This document shows, one piece after another, positions 1 to 15,257 of a DNA stretch of 20,000 nt. Position numbers and translations under genes: made by a program. The DNA is from Catajapyx aquilonaris. Lineage: Eukaryota. The stretch's first letter is position 1. Each line of letters opens with the position of its first letter. Where the stretch lies: contig JYFJ02001710.1 of the NCBI GenBank assembly GCA_000934665.2, positions 51,400-71,399 on the forward strand. Direction: 5' to 3'. The notes beneath the pieces were generated by a model, which worked only from the letters and a program-made list of their open reading frames with translations, made no database searches and had not been told where the DNA came from.

Positions 1-269
1 CGTCGACCAGCAATGTGAATGCACCTTAATGCTTTTCTGTAATGCTTTTCTGCTCAAATTTGCCTGCATGCCCCCTGATCCGATTTTAAAGACGTATCCA
101 TGTCAAAAGCCTGCTGTAACAAATGGCATGATGGTTCAATCATGGAATCCATGCGGAATATAATGTACTAATTACACCAAAATTACAAGCGCCTTTTCAT
201 GCCTCACGGTCTTATTTTCTTCAGACTAAATAATAAAATCTTCCTTTTGCTGCAATAAGTGTATCGCAC

Positions 270-639
270 CTGAAGAATCATCATTGATGGTGATGGACCC
301 ACTCGAGACGAAAAATTTCTTTGCTGCGCCATCGTCTTCAAACACGGTGACGATGCCAGGCTTCAAAACGGCTAGTGACGGTACGTGATTAGGCAGGATA
401 CCAAAACTGCCGCTGAAGCTGGGGACATCCACTTGGCGCACACTCGCATTGTTGTAGTGTACCTGAAATACGCATTGCAGGGAGTCAAGGAGCCAAACAA
501 TGGTGACGGCAATACTCACATGTGAAGGGGAGGCGAAGGTGAAGGCCATGGGTGTCCCTTCAGCAGCGTAACCCCTGACCTGAGAGAGGAGGCCCGGCTG
601 GTGGCGGAGCAGTCTCATCGTCGACCTGAGCAGAGCCAT
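270..639 (-). CDS. ATP5F1D: Mitochondrial F1 ATP synthase subunit delta, exons 1-2 (3' part probably beyond the left edge)
   Basis: Arg-rich transit peptide, then MAFTFASP / VRQVDVPSFSGSFGILPNHVPSLAVLKPG / FFVSSGSITINDDSS. Exon 1 is 639-520, followed by an in-frame 57-nt GT-AG intron (519-463). Exon 2 is 462-~270 with a probable donor G|GTGCGA. The expected C-terminal VQILAEEA segment was not found in 1-270. Confidence 0.95.
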
Positions 640-790
640 GGCTGTGAGGGGAAACTCTAGTTAGACCAGGAGTCGAAGGGCCGGTTTCATAACACCTCGA
701 ACCTGAAACCGATTCGATGAGAAGGAGCGACGAAGAGGAACAGGCCTGATTGGTTCCAGAAACAGCCGGAAGGGACGGGGGGCGCTGACT
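640..790 (-). promoter_or_regulatory. GC-rich putative promoter/5'UTR of ATP synthase delta
   Basis: GC-rich stretch upstream of the ATG, with CCAAT on the minus strand (gattgg ~748-752), an ETS-like CCGGAAG (~765-771) and a G-rich box (~777-785). Confidence 0.35.
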
Positions 791-1062
791 GTCTCACACA
801 CTTGTATTCTAATGTCATTTAAACACTGGCTGATTATTTAATTATATCACGTTTAAATTAATAAAATAGATCATATCAATCTGATATTAATGATAGTTGA
901 TAGCAGCGCCCCACTGCGGCTTCATACTGAAGTACAGGGATACGACACTAGATGGCCAAATGGAATGGGATTGCATGTAAGGCATGTTACTATTGTTACA
1001 AACTTGTACTTTATTCACACTTAAACTACTTTACAATGTACCGTATAAGTTACTATGCTAGT

Positions 1063-3905
1063 TCAGATTTCAGTTGATGAATGCGTCAAATCCATTGAAA
1101 AATGAACCTTGTTGGTATTGTCATGTGATGGGCCGTAATGGGCTGTTGCACCTTCTTCAAGCGCATTGAGGCTTTCTTCCTCTGGATTTACTTCCAGTGT
1201 GGTTCTTGTGGTTTTCTTGAACGAATCATTATTGGACATGCGAGACGAAATGGTGTCTCTCTGAAATGGCGGTGGCGATAGGTTTGGTTTTTGCGTGTGA
1301 ATAAATAGCCTCACCTTTATTAGCCTGTGTCGCAGGCATGGTATCTTCTTTGCGATTGCTTGCTGAATTTTTCTCTGGCAGAGGCAGTGAAACACGAATA
1401 TAAATAATCCTTGCAGAGAGTTGAGAATGGAGAATACAATTTCCATAGCCAGTTTAAAATGTGGATCCTCTGCAAAGACATGTTCTAAAGCAATTGTTGT
1501 CACATAATGTAAAAAAAAAACTTACCGTCGTCAAATACAAAAAATCCGAATATCCAGGTTAATCCTAAAATTGTGCCTAATGATGCGACTCCTTTGACCC
1601 AGTGAAACCTCTGCTTTTTCCTAGCCTTGCTCATGTTCATGCTATTTTTGTAAGCTCCTTTCAGAGCCAGTATCAGTATTATGAAATTGCACTGAAAAAA
1701 CAACAAAATGTTAGCACAAATTAAAGCTACAAACATCTACTAACCATCAGAATAGCAGCTGCTGGGCCCAAAAAAGCCCAGACTAATCCACTGTGAGGGT
1801 CGAGCCAACAACTGCAATGAAAAACATTGTCGATGACATTGTTGATAAGCAAATTTCATAACCACTATTGATATTACTAGAGTCCAGCTCCATATTCGTT
1901 CCATTTGATTCCCAACGAAATTGAGACTATGATCATAGGTGTACCATATCCAACCACATAAAAGGGCCAGCGCTTGTAATGAACTCGTGGAAAAACCTGA
2001 AATTAGTCCAAATAAATATTCACAGCACACATTGATGTACACCAGGTTACCATAATTATCATGCGGTACACTTGATAGCCTTCCAGCAACATCCAGAAGA
2101 ATGTCGACAGATAGAAGTAGTGCACACATACGGTGAAGAACTTGCAGAGTGCCCTAGGATTGGTTTGTCTAAAACCAACCACGACACTCAGCTGGGCACA
2201 CAGAAGCATGATGCACAAGTTCCTATGCACAATAATAGTACAATTGTCGTCCATGTTGCGAAACATGCAAAATGCGGTTATGGCGAAGAGGAGGCACACG
2301 ATGGATATGGTGCAGCCCACTAGAGTAATGTAGGTAATTACTAGAGGAATCTGAAAATACAAGCACTAATGAAAGCTGCCTATATATGGGGCATTAACAC
2401 CCTTTAGGTCATACCTTTCCATGAACTCCGGTGTAGTCTGCTTTGACTGCCATGGTCCGGGTGTCATCGTACTCGCACAGGGTCCATTCATTTTCTGCTC
2501 TGATCAGTCTGACTCCTTCTGAGCTCCATTGTTGCACATCCTGGTCCCAGAAGACGCAAGTGATGTTGGCGAATATGAAGTCACTTAGAGAAAAAGTATT
2601 GTGGAAGAACACTTGTATTGGATGGCCGCTCAGTGGTATGGTCTTGACTAGTGGATCTTGAACAATGCTTATGACTTTTGAAATGAGCATTTGATAAATC
2701 GGTTGTCCTTCAGGTAGATCAGTCTGTTCGCTAATGAAATTGGTATGAATTAATGGGTCGTGGTTTCAGCCTTTCAGGGCAACTTACGTTTGGTTTTCTG
2801 AACCGATGATGTCATGTAGATTGTCATATGACACTAATGCGACGTTCCACAAACCATTTATAGAACGTCTGTACATGTCCAGTTTGGGTACTGTGATGTT
2901 AGTACCTCCAGACATGGGACATCGGTAAAAAAAGTCTTCTGGATTACGTTTTATGGAGACAGTTTCAGTCTTGACAGCTACAAAAAAACATAATTAATAA
3001 AAGCAGTAAATGCATGATTATGCTGATAAGTACCAATATGATTTCCAACTATGTCCAAGTTGATTCCAGCATCAAAAGCCTGAAGTGCAACATTGTTAAT
3101 AATTTGCTGCAATTCATTAGCCAATTCCATCTTTTTCGGTTGAGTCCTCCATGATTTTGGATATCTCAGCACCTCATCAGTCAAATTCAGAACGCTTTTT
3201 GCATAAGATTCGGTCAGTCTAGACATGCACTCCCTGAAATAACATTAGCCTTAATGACATGCATTCTGTGCATAGAATATACTCTACCGTTTTTGAAACG
3301 TGTGACAATGGGCTGAAGTGTAGTTCTCCTGAGAATATAATGACACATCCAGAATTTTGACCATCTTTCCAATATTGTCGCCTTCAGTAAATATGGGACA
3401 TCGTTCGGCTTCAGAGCTGATATTCTGAAGCACACCTGAAGGATCCTCTCCATTGTGCAAGGCATGTAACCACACATCAAACAAGCCCAGATCTGCCAAC
3501 GAACTGTCAGAACAATTACCTTTTGCATCACACAGTACATCCTATTCTCACCTGAAGTCATTGTATGGAAAAAACCAATCAAGCGGATTCACACTCTTTA
3601 ATGTGGCTGTGTGTAACGAGAAGTTTGAAACATCCGAGTGGCAATTCATTAGCTGCTTCCCAGAGGCCATATGTTTCACATCTCCTGAAGAGCAATGCAA
3701 ATATAATCAGTCGTAACATTATCTTCTCGATAAGTATCCGCACTTCCGAAGCTACCAAAACAGCAGAAACAAAAAGCTGTTGATTTACACTTCCGGCACT
3801 TATCAGCAGGAAACTGACGTCATAACTTGCTAATTGTTTAAAAATGATGTACTCACCTGCTGAAGTGTGTAAGATCACAAAAATGGCCCATACCATCCGA
3901 TGCAT
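1063..3905 (-). CDS. Adhesion GPCR A (latrophilin-like, ~702 aa): short ectodomain, degenerate GPS, 7TM, PDZ-type C-terminus
   Basis: Twelve phase-compatible GT-AG exons: 3905-3857 (signal peptide MHRMVWAIFVILHTSA), 3684-3552, 3503-3288, 3233-3034, 2977-2788, 2730-2415 (GPS region), 2350-2051 (GCTISIVCL, HRNLC, HYFYLSTFFWMLLEG), 1996-1878, 1811-1745 (CWL..GLVWAFLGP), 1691-1526 (LGLTWIFG), 1469-1315 (NSLQGLFIFVFHC), 1260-1063. AATAAA lies at 1010-1015 (-). The exon 1-2 junction is the least certain. Confidence 0.92.
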
Positions 3906-4449
3906 TGTATCCTCACCAACTGGATTCAGGAAATCACCGTAAAACCATGATGGTTTGACCTGCGCAAAATCACCAAACTACACCGTACGGAATCATTCAC
4001 TCAGCCACTAGCAAAATAAATAAATGGGTGTCGAAGTTTCCGGTTGCGTAGCCAAAAGTAGACGCCTCCTCTAAGGCACGCACAATAAAAATGCTGCTAT
4101 CACTATGTACGATTAGCTGTTATCTAGATATTATACAGGTTATGAAACTATGAAACACCTGAGCTGTACACTAGATGGCTGTTGGTGAATACCAAAGGGA
4201 ATGGACTAAACATTTCCTGTCTCGGATTTTGAGGTTAAATATTGACATTGGCAAGTTTCTGCGGAGGAAGTTTGCGTGTTGACAGAATGACTCAGCTGTT
4301 CCTCACCTAATAAAATTAGCTGCACTTATCTGAGCAAGGACAGGGTCATAAATAATGGAAACTGTTAATCAATGTCGCTTGGAGTTATACATCACTGATT
4401 TGATGCATATGTTGTTTAATAAACATGATGTACATTTTTTGTACATAGA

Positions 4450-9902
<5,453 letters not shown>

Positions 9903-10538
9903 TCAGGAGAAACTGCAAGTAAATTGCGTTCACTACAACTCTGTACATGTTTAGTATGTGAACGAATGTCCCTTGCAAAAAGTGGCTGTGTTGCAGTAAC
10001 TAGGGCCGAACAATACTGTGAGATTGGCCGTTGATTGCTCATGTATTAATCACTACCTGTGCAGATAACGAGGCCATATGTGTTTGCAATTTGGATTCGC
10101 GAAGGTCTGATAGGCAGTTGAGTGTAATTAAAATTGTGTCAGTGCAGTTCAAGTAGGCGGCATTTTCCACTCATATCTCGCATACAAATTAAGCATGGCT
10201 GCTTTATTACGAGGTTTCATGCCATTTTAATTAGAATATTTGAACATATTGCTGAAGTACAATGTTTGTAATGCTCTTCGCGTGTTTGCTTGACCTTAAA
10301 ATGCAGGACGGTAGCCCCTATATATTTCCATGCGATAATCGTCGTCATGCTGCTTATCTCATGATGGTGGAAGCCTTAAGACTACATTGCAAAAACCCCA
10401 AATATGCAATCTTAAAATCAATATTTTGCGAATATTCGTCGCTACTGATGGGGTATTAACCATTTGAAAATCATGCTCAATATGTTTAATTTTTATTTCT
10501 AAAAAAAATATTATAATTCCATATAATATAGTAGATGA

Positions 10539-13500
10539 TTACGTGGTTGATTCCGATGGACGATATCGAAAACTCAATATTATTGCAAACCTCTCGTTAT
10601 GATCATAGTAGAAATTGGCATCGGCAGGAGCGAAGTAAATCTTGATTGCTTTCCAACGTGTGTCCCAATCAATTTTTTTGAGAACTAAGTTGCGCATATT
10701 TTGCTTCATGACGCAATGGAATAGAAAAATGAAGCCACCTTGCAAAGAATTCAACAATGCAAACACCACTTCTACGACATCAACTAAATCGCCTGGCTCT
10801 GCAACGTTAAAATAATTCAAATTAGACAAATTATTAACTCATTAACATAAACTATAACCTTTTTTAAATAGCAGAAATCCAAATGCCCATGTCAGACCCA
10901 ATATGGACATCATGGACACAAATCCTTTAATCCATGTTCTAGATTCGTTAACAGTGTTCACTCTTCCAGGAACCGCTTGTGTTGCCCGATTGGCTGCTCT
11001 TAAAGCTGCCACCAACATACAAGTATTAAACTACAAGAAAGAAGAGAAAATTATTATCGAGCTGATTTTTGTGGGAAGAAGTTCCTTACACAAAGAATGG
11101 CAACTACCGGACCCAAGAAGGACCAGATGAATCCGTGGTCCAAACTCAACCAACAACTGCAGACAGAAAAGTCATTAAAAACACAGGTAACAAGTTGATT
11201 AATTCACATTAACTTACTAGCGTTCGGTTCCATATCCATCAGAATGAAAAACAACACAAAATGACACAATGACCAATGGAATCACATAACCTGTAAATAA
11301 CTTCTTCCACTTTGAAATTCTGGCAACAAATACCTGAAAAATTTATTTACCATGAGTGCCTGTTATTGTTGCACTGTTGTATATTAGCATACCACAATAA
11401 TAAGAAGGTAGATCTGATATCCTTCGACCATCATCCAGAAGAATGCGGCCAGGAAGAAGTAGTAAATCAAAATCGCTGCTATTTTGCATCCTAGCGTACT
11501 ACTAGTGGCGTCTAATCCAATAACCATTGTTAGTTGGGCAATCAGGAGGCACAGGCACATATGGAAATGTATGAACACATGTGGATTTGGCATGGTCCTT
11601 GCCAATCGAAACACGACCAACGAAATTAGCAAGCAAACGACCGATATGGAGCAGCCGGTGATTGTTATAGCTGTTATGACTGACTGAAACTAAGAAGTGA
11701 TTATTAATTAAAGTCGCTTTAAAAGCACTTGCTCACTTACATAGGTTGGGAGAATGATGCCATTGTAGTCCATCAGCACAGCCAAGTTGGTCAAATGGTT
11801 ACATTCACAAATGGAATATTCTGATGTGAAATTGACCATTCGGCAACCTTCAATGCTCCAAGAGTTGTTCACAGTGTCCCAAAACGCGCATTTTGGGTTC
11901 AACAATTTCTTCTTGATTTCTGACTTAAAAGGCAGGTGGTACAATATGACAGACACATTTTCATTGTCAAAATGCACTGAGCTGGAAAAGTTTCCCAGTG
12001 ATGTTCCGACCACTTTGCTATTGACAATTCCTGTGATATACTCGGGATCGTTCAGTTTCCTGTAAACAAAATGTTGTATGTTCATATCGCAGCAGTCCCA
12101 ACGACCGAAAGTTTGAACTTACGTAACTTGCAAATTATTTCCTAAAATATTTTCCATTGTCCCATAAGACACATGTATGGCCATCCATGTGACATTAACC
12201 ACTCCTATCTCCTTAGCCTCTTCAGGAAGATGTATACAAGCACCTTCACCCAGTGGGTAACAATAATACAGGTCTTCATCTGTGACCTTATCCTCAGGTG
12301 CTGCCTTGGATGCAAGAGCTGACGAAACGCAATTTAATAATCATATTTTCAAGTAATGCACTTTAATTCTTACCAAAATCAGACTGGGTAAAATTCTCCG
12401 AGATATTTGCTGATGTAGCCATTGAACCAATCCGATCTATGGTTTGAAAGAACTGAGTGGCTTTGACATATCTTTCATTCAGTGTTGTCCATGCTTCTGA
12501 GTTCTGTAGAGATTCACTGGTTAGGGCGACAACAGCCGATGTATAAGACGTGAGGTTCTTTTTGCATTCGTCCTGGGATATGTTCGACTTGATGCAATCG
12601 TCGTATCGAGATTTTTGAACCTTTTCAGACTTGGCAATAAAATCAACACTCCTTTTCACGTCGCCTGCTTGGAAATCTTTGCTCTTGTTGCGTAATTTAT
12701 CTGCCAAATTTTTGACCACATCACCTGGGGTAGTGTTTTTGTTGTTTAAGTTGTCGTCTGCTTTGTTCCAGTCTGGTCCGAACATGGTGCATTGGCTTCA
12801 AGTATATGATAATATGCTATGTACAATCCAGCTTACTGGGTCTTTTAAATGGACATTATTATATTTATAAACACAAATGAAGAAATTCTATTCATATAGT
12901 CATATCATCTGTAGATGATACTCATTCTATATAGTCATTCATTCTATTACTTACCTCATGTCTGCGTTTCCTTCCCAGATCCCATCTGAACCGCATGTCC
13001 ATGTCATTTTACCATGTGAAATTCCTGTGATGTCAGGTGGACAGTCCTTCTCGTATGTTCCAGGCAGAGAACGTCTCCATATCACATTATTCACGATTTG
13101 CTCTGGACAGTATTTGATTTCATGGGGTGTGGTTGTTTCAACAGTTGTGGTCGTGATGGTGCTGGTGCTTGTAGTTGGCACTGTTGTTGGAGGAGGCTCA
13201 GGTGTTGTAGATGTAGTCGTAGCCTTTGTTGGTGGGGAGCTTGGTGTACTCGTCACATGAAAAGTGGTATCCTCATCGGTGGTAAACTCTCTTGTTGTAG
13301 GAGGAGGAGGTGTGGTCGTGTCTTCTGTTGTAGGAGGAGGTGTGGTAGTGTCTTCTGTTGTGGAAGTAGGTTTGGTGGAAGTGACATCTGTGGTAGGTGC
13401 GCTGGGAGAAGCGGTGGTAGTGTGACCGTGGGTAGAAATTGCTGTTGAGGCAGTTGGTGGGACAGAAGTCGAATCGTGTGAGGACGTCCCAGGAGAAGTT

Positions 13501-14734
13501 GGTGTGGTTGCCTCAGGAGTAGTGTGGGTAGGTGGCTTGCTTTCGGTGGTAGCACGTGACGATGCAGCAGAGCTCGGCAGTTTAGTAGTTTCACTCGTAG
13601 GGGGGGTTGGTTTATGAGTTGGGGTCGTGGTTGGGATAGAGGCCGTTGTAGTGGATGATTCTGTAGAGTGCGTTGTAGGGGTTGATTCTGTAGAGTGCGT
13701 TGTAGGGGTTGATTCTGTAGAGTGCGTTGTAGGGGGTGATTCTGTAGAGTGCGTTGTAGTGGGCGATGGTGTTGTCGTTCCGTTTGGTGTTTCAGAGGTG
13801 GGCAAATGAATCGTTGTTGATGTCTTTATGGTTGTTGTCGTCGCATGACGAGTTGACTTTGTGATTTGAGTCGTTGTTGTAGTGGATATAATGGTTGTTC
13901 GTGGTGCCATTGAAGTACATTCTAAGTAAAAAATTGTTAAAATAATGTCAAGTGTCCCGGTTGTTCTCTTCCCTACCACGAAAGAGCCCTTAAAAAATTA
14001 TGTCGTTACCATGAATGTAACATCCTAAATAATGTATTTTTTTAAATCGCAAAAATTTTCTTGTCAGAAGTGGGATTCGAACCCACGCCCGGAGAACCGG
14101 ACTGCGACCTGAACGCAGCGCCTTAGACCGCTCGGCCATCCTGACTTGCTGTACAGGCTGCTTCATAAAATATGTGACAGGGTACATCGGATGCTGACAC
14201 AAAATCATCAGCTTTTGGCAGAATCTCAAAAACAGTATTCGACTAAGCTTGAGGGTCGCCTTTATCAAGTGACCTCGCATCCTCCCGATATTCAATTTAA
14301 ACCAGTGCAATTCAAAGGCACTACTAATAGAAATCTAATAGAATCTGCATTACTGCCAATTGAACAACCCTCTTCAAGAAGGTCCCATGGTGTAATGGTT
14401 AGCACTCTGGACTCTGAATCCAGCGATCCCAGTTCAAATCTGGGTGGGACCTGCCATTGTGTTTTTTGGACTGTTCTGTTCCATAGCAGAATATAGTAGG
14501 TTATATTTAGCAAAATTGCGCGTCCTTTTGCAAGTTGTATTTGGGCATAATATATGCTTGGTTGGTTATGACTAATACAAGTAAAGGAAGATGCACTTCC
14601 TATGTCCACAGGTCAAGGTGAACCAGCTAGTGGAAATAGATATTTTAACAGTGACAATAATAATCTTCACTGCACTTACCTTCGGAGTGATGAGCTGTAA
14701 TTAAGAATGTAATCACCAGTAACACATATTTCAT
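10539..14734 (-). CDS. Adhesion GPCR C (~956 aa): signal peptide, long Thr/Ser/Pro mucin stalk, HRM, GAIN/GPS, 7TM
   Basis: Exons 14734-14680 (MKYVLLVITFLITAHHSE, donor G|GTAAGT), 13921-12955 (mucin + HRM), 12795-12374, 12318-12123, 12059-11741 (CAFW...W...GC...CECNHL/TNLAVLM), 11689-11393, 11333-11218, 11156-11090, 11030-10859, 10798-10539, all in phase. A further small 3' exon cannot be excluded. Confidence 0.9.
13657..13759 (-). repeat. Coding 27-nt tandem repeat, ~4 copies (TTHSTES[PT]P), in the mucin stalk of gene C
   Basis: GATTCTGTAGAGTGCGTTGTAG recurs at 13657, 13684, 13711 and 13738. A second TTEDTTTPPP repeat lies at ~13290-13360. Confidence 0.95.
14062..14145 (-). tRNA. tRNA-Leu(CAG)
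   Basis: GTCAGGATGGCCGAGCGGTCTAAGGCGCTGCGTT-CAG-GTCGCAG...GGGTTCGAATCCCACTTCTGACA; 84 nt, long variable arm, downstream T5 terminator. Confidence 0.98.
14381..14452 (+). tRNA. tRNA-Gln(CTG)
   Basis: GGTCCCATGGTGTAATGGTTAGCACTCTGGACT-CTG-AATCCAGCGATCCCAGTTCAAATCTGGGTGGGACCT; 72 nt, T6 terminator at 14462-14467. Confidence 0.98.
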
Positions 14735-15257
14735 CCTTCAGTTTCTCCGCCAGCACTGACTAGCCAGTGAGAACAATAACTTGTGTAATACTGAAGGAGA
14801 AGCGTAATGTTGACACATTATCACCGTAGGTTTTATGGAGCCTGCACTTATGTGGATAATTGACTAGCTCAGAGCCAATATGGTCGAAATGTATTCACCG
14901 TGGAAACCAGATTCAGGTTTTAATAGCAGGGTGATAACTTACTTCCAGGACTGATTGAAATATTTCAATTTCTTGACATGGTGTTGCATGATAACTTGAT
15001 AAGGCATTTTTACGATGATCACTAATGTCGTAAAATAGGACTATAGTCTCACCAAAAAATGCCTAAAAATGATGCATCAATAACGCATGTAATTTATTTC
15101 GAAAATTACACTGCTCGGCAATGTGATATACAGTCATACATCCAATAAATCAGGGAAATTCTATTGTTATATTCCATGTTGTATAGTCCCTATTTTCATG
15201 TGATTTCCTATGGTATTTATAACGCTACCACAACGCTGGTTTAAATTCAATTTGAAA

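Noticed and set aside
226..269. Apparent truncated C-terminus of ATP synthase delta (GAIHLLQQKEDFII-stop)
   Set aside because: More likely intron read-through after a G|GTGCGA donor, with the last exon outside the window; not called a pseudogene.
13657..13759. Regular 27-nt repeats as a CRISPR-like array
   Set aside because: No unique spacers; an in-frame coding mucin repeat in a eukaryotic gene.
13990..14609. ORFs containing MAERSKALRSGRS and VPPRFELGSLDSESRV (also at 18319-18613)
   Set aside because: Chance translations of the tRNA genes.
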